Under the pieces are notes generated by a model. That model ran no database searches, had not been told where the DNA came from, and saw only the letters and a program-made list of their open reading frames with translations. From an uncultured virus (IMG/VR IMGVR_UViG_3300029305_011880) (lineage: Duplodnaviria; Heunggongvirae; Uroviricota; Caudoviricetes): a stretch of 64,000 nucleotides of DNA. This document shows positions 1 through 9,738 of this stretch, in pieces. The DNA lies in the IMG/VR virus record IMGVR_UViG_3300029305_011880. The stretch is one strand, 5' to 3'. Numbering within the stretch: position 1 is the first letter of the stretch; every line of letters starts with the position of its first letter. Made by a program: the position numbers and the translations under genes.

Positions 1-1260
1 TTATTTCTTAATATTGTTCCAATAAGTTTCAAATGCTTTTTCATTTTTATTATCTTTTGGAACATAGTATTTTTTTCCAGATAATGCATCAGGAAGATAT
101 TGTTGTTTAACCCAATCATTTGGATAATTATGGGGATATTTGTATTCTACACCTCTGCCGAGAGAACTTGCTGCACTATAGTGAGCATCTCTTAAATGGT
201 CAGGAATATTCCCAATATCGACGCTTTTAATGTCTTCTAACGCAGAATCAATTGCTATGATAGCAGAATTAGATTTCGGACTATTTGCTAGATAAATAGT
301 GGCTTCGGCCAAAGGAATTCTTGCTTCTGGAAAGCCTAACTGTAATGCGCTATCAACACAAGCTTTTACAATTACAGCTGCTTGAGGATTAGCAAGCCCA
401 ATATCCTCGCTAGCAGAACACAATAAACGACGGCAAATTCCCTGCAAATCTCCTCCAGTGATAAGTCTAGCAAGATAATGAATGGCAGCATCCGCATCAG
501 AACCTCTCAAGCTTTTCATAAAAGCAGAAAGTGTGTCATAGTGTTCATCTCCATCACTATCATACTTAATGACTCTACGAACCGTTTCGTCACTGATGTT
601 TTCAATAGTGAAATTTACACTCATTGTGTCATAATCAATAGCAGTGTAAAAAATGAGCTCTAATTTATTAATTGCACATCTCATATCACCATTAGAAATA
701 TCCGCAATAGCATCAAAAACTTTCTCATCACAAATTGTTTTTAAAGACGCATTATTTGCCTCCAAAATTTTAAAGCCACGTTTAAGTCCAGATACAATAT
801 CATCTCTGGATAATGGCTTAAGCTCAAAAACGTTGGAACGACTTAGTATCGCCTTATGAATAGTGAAGTATGGATTTTCTGCAGTAGAACCAATCAGAAC
901 GATTTGACCATTTTCGATATAATCTAGCAAAAATTGTTGAATATTCTTTCTAAAAAGATGAAGCTCATCAACGAACAGAATGAAACGAACCTCACCCCGA
1001 GAATTAGATTCATCAATAATTCCTTTAAGGTCTGCAAGATTAGCAATAGATGCATTTACTTTATAGAATGGCAATTTAAATTCTTCCGCCAAAATTTCTG
1101 CAAGCGTAGTTTTGCCAGTACCAGGTGGACCATAAAGCACAAGATTAGTCAGACGATTATTCTTAATCATCTTTCTAATGGGCCCATTGTTACCAACAAT
1201 ATGTTTTTGCCCAAAAAAATCATCCAAATTTCTGGGACGAATATCATTTGCTAATGGCAT
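1..1260 (-). CDS. rarA: Replication-associated recombination protein A (MgsA/RarA AAA+ ATPase)
   Basis: PLAxxIRPxxLDDFFGQKH start, Walker A GPPGTGKTT, Walker B FVDELH, C-terminal SAFMKSLRGSD, SEDIGLA and YKYPHNY motifs; GGAGG RBS. Confidence 0.95.
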   Translation of the reverse strand: MPLANDIRPRNLDDFFGQKHIVGNNGPIRKMIKNNRLTNLVLYGPPGTGKTTLAEILAEEFKLPFYKVNASIANLADLKGIIDESNSRGEVRFILFVDELHLFRKNIQQFLLDYIENGQIVLIGSTAENPYFTIHKAILSRSNVFELKPLSRDDIVSGLKRGFKILEANNASLKTICDEKVFDAIADISNGDMRCAINKLELIFYTAIDYDTMSVNFTIENISDETVRRVIKYDSDGDEHYDTLSAFMKSLRGSDADAAIHYLARLITGGDLQGICRRLLCSASEDIGLANPQAAVIVKACVDSALQLGFPEARIPLAEATIYLANSPKSNSAIIAIDSALEDIKSVDIGNIPDHLRDAHYSAASSLGRGVEYKYPHNYPNDWVKQQYLPDALSGKKYYVPKDNKNEKAFETYWNNIKK

Positions 1261-1340
1261 ATCTTATACCTCCTATATATTCTTTCCATTGTTAATTATG
1301 GATACTAATATTATACAATCAAATCTTTTTCTATATTTTT

Positions 1341-1369
1341 ATTATAACACATTTTAGATAAAAAAGCAA
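1341..1369 (-). promoter_or_regulatory. sigmaA-like promoter for rarA
   Basis: TTGCTT-17 bp-TATAAT with extended -10 TG on the minus strand. Confidence 0.6.
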
Positions 1370-1454
1370 GAGCAAAGCTATTTTTTATAACTTATTATTT
1401 ATGAAAGCACATATAATACATATAAGAAAAGGTATCCTGAAAGGAGCTGTACGT

Positions 1455-2168
1455 ATGAATTTTAGCGAGATACAAACAATGGAAGACATGTTGCGACAAC
1501 TTCCACCAGAAATGTCTCAATTAATAAGAACAATTTTGATGGCATCAGACCAAACTGCTGCAGGAGTAACCCCAGGAGAAGTAGTCTCTAATGCAATAGC
1601 AAAACAACTAAATCTTTCAAATACATTGTTTTCACCATTTGCAATTATTTGTTATATCATATGTATATTGGTTTATATAGGAATCAGAATTTATGCAGAA
1701 TATAAAGTCTCTCAAAGACCAGAATTAACAAAAGATAATTATTCTCCACTTGGAACATATATTTTAAGATATTGCCATAATTATGAAAAAATAAGTGCAA
1801 TGAATATGCGAGATGAAATAGATGATATATACGCAAAATGTATGTTTAAATATGAGAAAAAGGAGCTATTAGAGCAACGTAAAGCAGAAATACTTTCTGA
1901 TAGGAAAAAAGAAAAAATAAAAAATTACTTATCAATTGTTATTTTTATGGTTTTCTTTTTATTCTTCTTTTTAATTGGAATTGGAGGAGTGTACATAGGA
2001 TATGAATTTAAAGGTTTGTTATTGATGTCTGTTGTAACTTTTATTGCATATCAAATTACACCATTTATATTCCCATACAGAACAGATAGCTACGAATGTT
2101 TGCAGGTAAAAGAATTTAGAAATATTATTGAGAATTACGAATTAGAAAAAATAAAAAGCTTACAATAA
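1455..2168 (+). CDS. Hypothetical membrane protein (about 3 TM segments)
   Basis: Long ORF with hydrophobic stretches; AAGGAG RBS favours ATG at 1455 over 1401. Confidence 0.7.
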   Translation: MNFSEIQTMEDMLRQLPPEMSQLIRTILMASDQTAAGVTPGEVVSNAIAKQLNLSNTLFSPFAIICYIICILVYIGIRIYAEYKVSQRPELTKDNYSPLGTYILRYCHNYEKISAMNMRDEIDDIYAKCMFKYEKKELLEQRKAEILSDRKKEKIKNYLSIVIFMVFFLFFFLIGIGGVYIGYEFKGLLLMSVVTFIAYQITPFIFPYRTDSYECLQVKEFRNIIENYELEKIKSLQ

Positions 2169-2177
2169 GGAAGTGTT

Positions 2178-3026
2178 ATGATGCCAAGAAATAATAAAAA
2201 TGTATTTGGGGTTGATGACAGAAATGAAATAGACTGGAAAAGCCAATCCTTAGACACCCCTCAAAAATCTAATAAATTTGCAATTATTATAATATCTTTT
2301 ATTTTACTTATAATGGTACTTATAATTGCGATTTTCTATATTTCATTAAACAAATTTTCAGATTTTACTACAGAAAAAATTCCAGAAATTATAACGTCTA
2401 TTGAAGAAGAAAGTGATTGGGAGTTAGATTACATCCCAATCCAAGATATAACAATTGAAGATAATAAAAAATCAGATGATATTATTACTAATAATGATAT
2501 ATTCACGGAACATCCCAACAATAAAACAACAGATAATATTTATGTAGAAAATATTCCCGAAGGATGTAACCCAGAGATAAACCTTTATTGTTTTTTTAAA
2601 GAAGATAAATTAGAAGTTTCAAACCCAACAAATGAGTTTTTAACTTCATGGATAGACAAGAATCCAGAATGGGGAAAGAACGAAGATTCTATATTCTCTT
2701 TTGGTTATATGGGATATACATTAGAAGAAATATCCAACTCTGATTCTTATGAATTGTATTCAAACTATACAAATAGAGAAATGAATGGGAATGGAATAGT
2801 AATAATAGATATAAACAACGAAAGTCATACAATAACCGCCATTTCAGATAAGGAATATGAAAAAAATAATTTTAATGCAAATAAAGCCATTTTACATGTT
2901 AGCCCAGCAACAACAGTTAAAAACGAAATAAATATTGGCGATAAAATAGACTTTAATGGGATGATACAACGCGCAACCAATTATGAAATACATATATATG
3001 TAACATATTTAGAATCGCAAAACTAA
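2178..3026 (+). CDS. Hypothetical single-pass membrane protein with extracytoplasmic domain
   Basis: 282-aa ORF, N-terminal TM helix, acidic linker, AAGGAAG RBS. Confidence 0.7.
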   Translation: MMPRNNKNVFGVDDRNEIDWKSQSLDTPQKSNKFAIIIISFILLIMVLIIAIFYISLNKFSDFTTEKIPEIITSIEEESDWELDYIPIQDITIEDNKKSDDIITNNDIFTEHPNNKTTDNIYVENIPEGCNPEINLYCFFKEDKLEVSNPTNEFLTSWIDKNPEWGKNEDSIFSFGYMGYTLEEISNSDSYELYSNYTNREMNGNGIVIIDINNESHTITAISDKEYEKNNFNANKAILHVSPATTVKNEINIGDKIDFNGMIQRATNYEIHIYVTYLESQN

Positions 3027-3029
3027 TAA

Positions 3030-3059
3030 AAAGGACTTTGAGGTATCTCAAAGTCCTTT
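3030..3059. terminator. Bidirectional intrinsic terminator
   Basis: 13-bp perfect inverted repeat aaaggactttgag/ctcaaagtccttt between convergent genes. Confidence 0.8.
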
Positions 3060-3061
3060 AA

Positions 3062-3931
3062 TTATTTCTCTGAATTTAAAAAATCGCTTAACTCTGCAGC
3101 AGATAAATCTCCTAAGTCTAAAGAATAATTAGAACTATTTAAATTTAAAATAACTCTATTTTCTTTAGTTGCTGGAGCCTCAATATCAACAAACATTGGA
3201 TAATTTTTTAGAAGGGACCACAAAAAAGATGAAACATTGTATTTTTTCAGTGCAATTTTTGATTCAACCAAATTATTAGAAGATAGATATCTAGTAGTTT
3301 CTACATTTTCTACAAACACTTCTACTTCATTATAAATACCATCGATAATTTTATCGGGTTGAGATATTTGCATCTTGAAATCATCCCATAATTCAGAAAA
3401 TCTTAACATTATTTCGGGACATTGTTTCCCACTTGCATCATAATGTCTCACAACATGGTCTGCATCAATATTTAATTCATTCATTAAATATTTGACGAGC
3501 CTTATAGCTCTTGCCCTAGATGCTATATAATTACCATCTGAATTAACACATATTTCAATTCCAATAGAGTTGCTATTGGTTATATCACTATACCCATTAT
3601 TATCCCCAACGTGCCAACCCTTCCAATTTAATTCTAGCATCTGAATTGCTTTTGTTTCGTCAACTATGAAATGAGCACTAGCTTTAGCTTCGGGGTCCCT
3701 ATTCCAATACGAATAAATTCTATCGGCATTTACTCCTTCACCATATCCACCTGTTTCATGTATCACAATATATTCAGGAGTAATTTCCTGCCCAACATCA
3801 TAATTAAATGATAGCAGTTTTTTCTCCATATTTAACGTTTGATTAATTAAATCATTATCTAATGCAGAAATTGAAACGCTTGAAGAAATAAAAATACAAA
3901 ATACCAATAGTAACGAAAATATTTTCTTCAA
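3062..3931 (-). CDS. Secreted N-acetylmuramoyl-L-alanine amidase (Amidase_2)
   Basis: Signal peptide; IVIHETG, ASAHFIVD, WHVG, NSIGIEIC and RHYDASGKQCP motifs. Confidence 0.9.
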   Translation of the reverse strand: MKKIFSLLLVFCIFISSSVSISALDNDLINQTLNMEKKLLSFNYDVGQEITPEYIVIHETGGYGEGVNADRIYSYWNRDPEAKASAHFIVDETKAIQMLELNWKGWHVGDNNGYSDITNSNSIGIEICVNSDGNYIASRARAIRLVKYLMNELNIDADHVVRHYDASGKQCPEIMLRFSELWDDFKMQISQPDKIIDGIYNEVEVFVENVETTRYLSSNNLVESKIALKKYNVSSFLWSLLKNYPMFVDIEAPATKENRVILNLNSSNYSLDLGDLSAAELSDFLNSEK

Positions 3932-3998
3932 ATTATCAATCCTTTCTTAGTTAGTTTCTTTATTATTCTATATATTTATTTTAAAATATATCGTTATT

Positions 3999-4769
3999 TT
4001 ATGGATTATCAAGATTAGGAGCGGGAGACTCCTCATTTAAATCTCCCACCCCATTAATTTCAGTTTTATTTTCGGTATTATTTACGATAGTATTATTATT
4101 TTCTGTGATATTGTCTTCTTCCGATAGATTTTTTTCGTATTCTTCAATCTTCTGAGAAACTTCTTCTCTCCATTCATCAAGAGGAATGACATCATGCTTA
4201 GAATGGGCATCTGTATTATGAATTTTATTGACAATTATTGGATTTTCCAAAATCATTGTGCCCATCATATTACAAAGTTCAATTCCCAAAATGTAAGTTT
4301 CTTCACTTGCAACCAATCCGTTTTGAATTTCTTCTGGAGTATATTCAGGCTTATAAGCGGAAACAAATTCTACTCTCATAATTTCACCCTGAATATAAAA
4401 CGCATAAAGCTTTAAATAATCCTTATAAATTTCCAAATAATCTCTATTATTAACGTTTGGCGGATTTTTCTGCAATTCAATCATTAAATTATTTTGTTTG
4501 TTTAAATTCTCAGATATGCTTGCCAGTTCTTCTTCTGAATATACTCTTTGAGGTTCTTTCAACATTTCCTCAAATTCAATCATATAGTCTACAAATTCAT
4601 CATTTATTTTCACCATATATTGAGGATAATCGTCTTGAATTTTGCCAACATTTGTTATTTTCATTCCCCTAAATTCTACATTGAAAAAATAGTAACCAGT
4701 CATTATTATCCCAAAGAATAAAATTGTCAAAAGAAAAAGACCAGCATAGTACTTTTTCTTTGTCATCAT
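3999..4769 (-). CDS. Hypothetical membrane-anchored protein
   Basis: N-terminal TM helix, AGGAGG RBS, overlaps the stop of the upstream gene. Confidence 0.7.
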   Translation of the reverse strand: MMTKKKYYAGLFLLTILFFGIIMTGYYFFNVEFRGMKITNVGKIQDDYPQYMVKINDEFVDYMIEFEEMLKEPQRVYSEEELASISENLNKQNNLMIELQKNPPNVNNRDYLEIYKDYLKLYAFYIQGEIMRVEFVSAYKPEYTPEEIQNGLVASEETYILGIELCNMMGTMILENPIIVNKIHNTDAHSKHDVIPLDEWREEVSQKIEEYEKNLSEEDNITENNNTIVNNTENKTEINGVGDLNEESPAPNLDNP

Positions 4770-5521
4770 TTTTTCTCCTCCTTAAGTGCGAGCTCTTTTT
4801 TCGCCAAAATAGCACATACTTTATTGGCTATTCTAGTAGCATTTTTTGTAAATACCCCAGAAGAAAATCTTTCCACAGCCTCAAATACATATGAACGAAC
4901 AGCCATCTCGTCATAGTAACAACCAGTCATAAAAACATCTTCGAGAGTTTGAATAAAAAACATTATTAATACATCGAACAACAAATCAAATTGATTTATA
5001 TATTCATTATCTATATAGTCCTTATTTATAGTGGAACTTAAAAACTCTGGAGAAACATTTTTAAATACAAAATATTTTTCACATTCCTCTTTAATTTCTT
5101 CTTTAGCAGAAACAATTGTGTTTAAAATAGGGTCCTCTCCCGATACTCCATCATAAAGAGAAATGAATAATCCTTCGTAAGGAACCACATGATTGATTTG
5201 ATTAATTATGTCGTCAACATTTTCTGGAACTTCGTTGTTATTATATTTGACTAACATATCGGATAATAATTTATTAGCATAGTAACTTTTTTGAATCTTT
5301 GTTCTTATCTTCAGATAAGAAATAACAGTTAAATACCAAATATCTGAATTGCTTCTGCCTGGATTTTCTTCTACAATTTTTTGAACAATATCGACATGAT
5401 TTTTAACTCCAGAAACAACGTCTAATGCACAAGATAAAGATAAGAACCCATAATAAGCTTTTGCCAAATCCTCTCTAGAAATAGAATCCCAAATATTTCT
5501 ATATTTCAAATTTAAAACCAT
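4766..5521 (-). CDS. Hypothetical protein
   Basis: 251-aa ORF in an operon-like run with GGGGG RBS. Confidence 0.65.
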   Translation of the reverse strand: MVLNLKYRNIWDSISREDLAKAYYGFLSLSCALDVVSGVKNHVDIVQKIVEENPGRSNSDIWYLTVISYLKIRTKIQKSYYANKLLSDMLVKYNNNEVPENVDDIINQINHVVPYEGLFISLYDGVSGEDPILNTIVSAKEEIKEECEKYFVFKNVSPEFLSSTINKDYIDNEYINQFDLLFDVLIMFFIQTLEDVFMTGCYYDEMAVRSYVFEAVERFSSGVFTKNATRIANKVCAILAKKELALKEEKK

Positions 5522-5533
5522 TATTATACCCCC

Positions 5534-6388
5534 TTATCGTGGAATCATTTCGTCTGCATTGAAAATTTTGATATCACCAGCTATTGGCGCAAATGCGGAA
5601 ATTAATTCTCTCATTTCCTCTACGTCTTCAGTCGGTAAAGATTTATATAAAATAACTCTTTCAGGAACCATTAATCCAATCAATATTACGAGAACTTCAA
5701 AATCATCAAAGTCTTCGTCTAGAAAAACGCCATATTTTTTATCAAAGAAATATCTGTTAATTTCAATCTTTTTATCGGTTATGCATTTTAATTCATTGTT
5801 CGCGCAATAAATTTTAAAATCTTTAACAGGCTCAATTTTTACTTCTTCTTGGTCTAGTATTTCCTGCGTTTCAGCAATTGTTTGTAATATAGTTATTTTG
5901 TCCAAAACAGAAGATTCCATTAAATTATAAATAGAATTAATTGTCTCGGGGTCTACAAGCTTGTCATCAAGTTCTTTTTTTAATGAATTCATATTAAACA
6001 ACAAGAATGATTCGATATTTAAGACCTGATTATCAGCCAAATAAAAGTCTAAATTTAAAGCTGTTATATTAATAGCGTATGATAAAAAATCACTGTGATA
6101 AAGAAAAAAAGATTCAATAAACCGTCTACTCATTTCATTATCCATTTTTTGTCCAATGCAAAATTCATACAGTATATCAGCAGTCTTAAATTCGGAAATT
6201 TTATTGGCAATTATAACTACAGCCTTAATAAAATCATCTCTTTTTTCAAAATTTAATACCCAAGCATCTTTTGTAGAAACTTTATTTTTCTTAGAAAAAG
6301 AACGCATCAAATTTGTCATTTCTTTCTTTTTTTCTGCGTCTTCAAATGCTTTTAATATCTTTATTTCAAACATATTATATACCTCCAA
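5534..6388 (-). CDS. YtxC-like putative sporulation protein (divergent)
   Basis: YLADNQVLNIESFLLF and LIGLMVPERVILY resemble YtxC conserved blocks; the true start is probably the ATG after GGAGG near 6373. Confidence 0.5.
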   Translation of the reverse strand: MEVYNMFEIKILKAFEDAEKKKEMTNLMRSFSKKNKVSTKDAWVLNFEKRDDFIKAVVIIANKISEFKTADILYEFCIGQKMDNEMSRRFIESFFLYHSDFLSYAINITALNLDFYLADNQVLNIESFLLFNMNSLKKELDDKLVDPETINSIYNLMESSVLDKITILQTIAETQEILDQEEVKIEPVKDFKIYCANNELKCITDKKIEINRYFFDKKYGVFLDEDFDDFEVLVILIGLMVPERVILYKSLPTEDVEEMRELISAFAPIAGDIKIFNADEMIPR

Positions 6389-6540
6389 TATCGCATTTTT
6401 AGGGGTTATTTTTATTGTATCTTTTTTAAAAAATTTTGCAACCCCTTATGTGTTTAATTCTAAAAAATATTATATATTTTGATTAGTTGTGTTATATAAT
6501 ATAATACGCAAAAAATTCGGAAAGTAATTAAAAATGCTCA

Positions 6541-6569
6541 TTTACTTTTTGCTGATTTTGTGGTATAAT
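6541..6569 (+). promoter_or_regulatory. sigmaA-like promoter for nrdD
   Basis: TTTACT-17 bp-TATAAT with extended -10 TGn. Confidence 0.55.
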
Positions 6570-6612
6570 ATATATACTTCAATTTTAAAAATTTAATGGA
6601 GGTGCTTTTCCA

Positions 6613-8952
6613 ATGAAAGAATTAAAAATTATTAAAAGAAACGGAAAAAAAGTACCCTTTAATCCTGAAAAGATAGCATTGGCTATCAAAAAAGCTTTTG
6701 ATAGTGTAGATAATGATAGCTATGGTTTTTCAGATATTAATAAGGTACACAACAAAGTTTTAGAGAGAGTTGATGCTCTTAAAGAAACAAGAACCAATAT
6801 TCGAATTCATGAAATTCAGAATATCACAATTGACGAATTAAACAAGAATGGCTATGGAGATGTAGCCGAAGCATTTTTAGATTATAGAAATAAGAGAGAC
6901 GCTGCGCGTGATTTTATGACTGCAAAGCAGGGCAAACTAATGAAGGCTCTTGAAGGTATTAGTCAGGATGCAGAAGAAGTAACCAGCAAAAAAGAAAATG
7001 CCAATGTTGATGGTAACTCTTCAATGGGCACCATGCTTCAATATGGTAGTGCCATTTCTAAGGAAGTCGCTAAGGCATATTTTATGGACAAACGTTTTGC
7101 TGATGCTCATGATGAAGGCAGAATTCATGCGCACGATATGGACTTTATCCCCATGGGAACACTAACTTGTTGCCAGATTCCTCTAGACAAACTTTTTGAA
7201 AAGGGTTTCTCTACTGGACACGGTTATTTAAGAACACCTAATGATATTATTTCTTATGGAGCTCTCGCAGCAATTGCTATCCAGTCCAACCAGAACGACC
7301 AGCATGGTGGCCAGAGTATTCCTGCTTTCGATTATTATATGGCTCCTGGCGTTCTAAAGACATTTAGAAAGCAGTTAAAGCAGACCGTATATGATGGCTT
7401 AGATATGCTTGGTATTATTGATTTTATTAATTTCAAAAATATTGAAAAAGATATCAACGCAATTACTACCTGTGATGTAACTGCTGATTATTTCGAAAAG
7501 CATTTTACTAATCAGATGATTAGAACGGTTTTTGAAAAGGCCATTCCTAAGGCTTTGGCCAAAACTGATAGAGCTACTTATCAGGCTATGGAAGCTTTTG
7601 TACATAACCTGAACTCCATGCATTCCCGTGCAGGTGCGCAAGTTCCATTTTCTTCTATCAACCTAGGCACAGACACTTCCACAGAAGGTCGTATGGTTAT
7701 TAAAAACCTACTACTTGCTACTGATAGTGGTCTCGGCAAAGGTGAAACTCCTATTTTCCCAATTAGCATCTTCAAGGTTAAAGAAGGAATTAACTATAAC
7801 CCTGGAGACCCCAACTATGACTTATTCAAGTTAGCTTGTAAGGTAAGCGCAAAGAGATTGTTCCCTAACTTCTCCTTTATTGATGCTCCTTTCAATCTAC
7901 AGTATTATAAAGAAGGTAATCCAGATACAGAAATCGCTTACATGGGATGCAGAACTCGTGTTATAGGTAACGTAAATGACCCAACTCGTGAAATAGTTAC
8001 TGGTCGTGGAAATCTTTCCTTCACTTCTATAAATCTTCCTCGTCTTGGTTTGAAATATGGTTGTGCTTTAAACAATAAAACTGATATGGAAGGTTTCTAT
8101 GCTGAACTAGATGAGCTATTAGAAATGGTTAAGGACCAACTACTCGAAAGATTTGTTGTCCAGGGCAATAAGAAAGTTAAGAACTTCCCATTCTTAATGG
8201 GTCAGGGTATTTGGCTCGATAGTAAGGGGTTAAAGCCTAATGACAAGTTAAAGAAGGTTATCAAGCATGGCACTCTTACCGTTGGCTTTATCGGCCTTGC
8301 CGAGTGTTTAAAGGCTCTTATTGGCAAACATCACGGTGAAAGCGAAGAAGCTCAGAAGCTTGGTCTTGAAATTGTAGGACACATGAGAAAAGTTATGGAT
8401 GATTATGCTGCTCAGTACAAACTAAACTTCAGCTTAATCGCTACTCCCGCTGAAGGTTTGAGTTATCGTTTCACCAGACTCGACAAAGCTATCTTCGGTG
8501 AAGTTCCTGGTGTTACCGACAGAGAGTATTATACAAACTCTTTCCATGTACCTGTTTATTACAACACAACAATCGAAAATAAGATTGCCTTAGAAGGTCC
8601 TTATCATGCTTTAACTAACGCTGGTCATATTACTTATATTGAACTTAATGGCGATATTAGCGATAACGTTGAAGCATTCGAAAAAGTTGTAAGATGTATG
8701 AAGGAAAATGGCATTGGATATGGTGCTATTAACCACCCCGTTGATAGAGACCCAGTTTGTGGTTTCGTAGGCGTTATTGGTGACGTTTGCCCTGGATGTG
8801 GTCGTGTTGAATATGACGACCCAATTAAGTTCGAAAGAATTAGACGTATCACTGGTTATCTCGTTGGTACTCTTGATAGATTCAACGATGGTAAGAAAGC
8901 CGAAGAAGCAGATAGAGTAAAACATACTTTTACAGATAAAGATAAAAAGTAA
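6613..8952 (+). CDS. nrdD: Anaerobic (class III) ribonucleoside-triphosphate reductase
   Basis: N-terminal ATP cone (IIKRNGKKVPFNPEKI), TCCQ, MGCRT, YYTNSFH, CPGC and glycyl-radical motif RIRRITGYL. Confidence 0.97.
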   Translation: MKELKIIKRNGKKVPFNPEKIALAIKKAFDSVDNDSYGFSDINKVHNKVLERVDALKETRTNIRIHEIQNITIDELNKNGYGDVAEAFLDYRNKRDAARDFMTAKQGKLMKALEGISQDAEEVTSKKENANVDGNSSMGTMLQYGSAISKEVAKAYFMDKRFADAHDEGRIHAHDMDFIPMGTLTCCQIPLDKLFEKGFSTGHGYLRTPNDIISYGALAAIAIQSNQNDQHGGQSIPAFDYYMAPGVLKTFRKQLKQTVYDGLDMLGIIDFINFKNIEKDINAITTCDVTADYFEKHFTNQMIRTVFEKAIPKALAKTDRATYQAMEAFVHNLNSMHSRAGAQVPFSSINLGTDTSTEGRMVIKNLLLATDSGLGKGETPIFPISIFKVKEGINYNPGDPNYDLFKLACKVSAKRLFPNFSFIDAPFNLQYYKEGNPDTEIAYMGCRTRVIGNVNDPTREIVTGRGNLSFTSINLPRLGLKYGCALNNKTDMEGFYAELDELLEMVKDQLLERFVVQGNKKVKNFPFLMGQGIWLDSKGLKPNDKLKKVIKHGTLTVGFIGLAECLKALIGKHHGESEEAQKLGLEIVGHMRKVMDDYAAQYKLNFSLIATPAEGLSYRFTRLDKAIFGEVPGVTDREYYTNSFHVPVYYNTTIENKIALEGPYHALTNAGHITYIELNGDISDNVEAFEKVVRCMKENGIGYGAINHPVDRDPVCGFVGVIGDVCPGCGRVEYDDPIKFERIRRITGYLVGTLDRFNDGKKAEEADRVKHTFTDKDKK

Positions 8953-8966
8953 TATTTGAATATAAC

Positions 8967-9002
8967 AAAGAGCCGAAATTTCGGTTTCGGCTCTTTTATT
9001 TT
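8967..9002 (+). terminator. Terminator-like hairpin between nrdD and nrdG
   Basis: 12-bp stem aaagagccgaaa/tttcggctcttt with TTCG-containing loop, followed by a T-rich tract. Confidence 0.7.
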
Positions 9003-9018
9003 CTAAAAAGGAGGATAT

Positions 9019-9570
9019 TTGTTTATGGATATTAGATTGGCACAAAAACATTTACAACAAGACAGCGTAGTTGACGGAACAGGTATCAGAGCCGTTCTAT
9101 GGACTCAGGGTTGCCCCCACAATTGTGAAGGTTGTCACAACCCCGAAACACACGACTTTAATGCTGGAATAGTTGTAGATATTGAAAATATTAAAAGAGA
9201 AATAGATGAATTAAAAACACACGATGGAATAACTTTTTCTGGCGGAGACCCAATGTGTCAACCAGAAGCATGCATGGAAATCGCAAAATATGCAAAAGAA
9301 AAAGGATATAATGTTTGGTGCTACACTGGATATCTATATGAACACTTAAACTCCAAGCAATTAGCGTTTATAGATTATATTGATGTATTGGTGGATGGCA
9401 AATTTGAACTAGCCCAGAGAAGCCTTAATTTGCGCTTTAAAGGCTCAAAAAACCAAAGAGTTATCGATATACCAAAGAGCAAATTAAATGGCTCTGTGAC
9501 CATTCTGGAGGGATTTGAGGGCATAAAAACGTATAATCCAATTTACAGCAAACCAGAAGGTATATTTTAA
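9019..9570 (+). CDS. nrdG: Anaerobic RNR activating protein (radical SAM)
   Basis: SVVDGTGIR, CPHNCEGCHN (CxxxCxxC), GITFSGGDP, DVLVDGKF, GSKNQRVID; the start may be ATG 9025. Confidence 0.96.
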   Translation: MFMDIRLAQKHLQQDSVVDGTGIRAVLWTQGCPHNCEGCHNPETHDFNAGIVVDIENIKREIDELKTHDGITFSGGDPMCQPEACMEIAKYAKEKGYNVWCYTGYLYEHLNSKQLAFIDYIDVLVDGKFELAQRSLNLRFKGSKNQRVIDIPKSKLNGSVTILEGFEGIKTYNPIYSKPEGIF

Positions 9571-9698
9571 TGAAATCTATTTTAAGCTATCTTAGAGCCG
9601 TTTTAAGCGGCTCTTTTTGTTTTGTGAGTTAGGATACCCCCAACGTCAAAAAATCGATTCTAGGGCCTCCTGAAGCTCTTAGAACCCATTATAAACAA

Positions 9699-9733
9699 AA
9701 AAGACTGTAACAATAATTTCGTTACAGTCTTTT
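9699..9733 (-). terminator. Intrinsic terminator
   Basis: 13-bp inverted repeat aaaagactgtaac/gttacagtctttt just past the lipoprotein stop. Confidence 0.75.
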
Positions 9734-9738
9734 ATATA

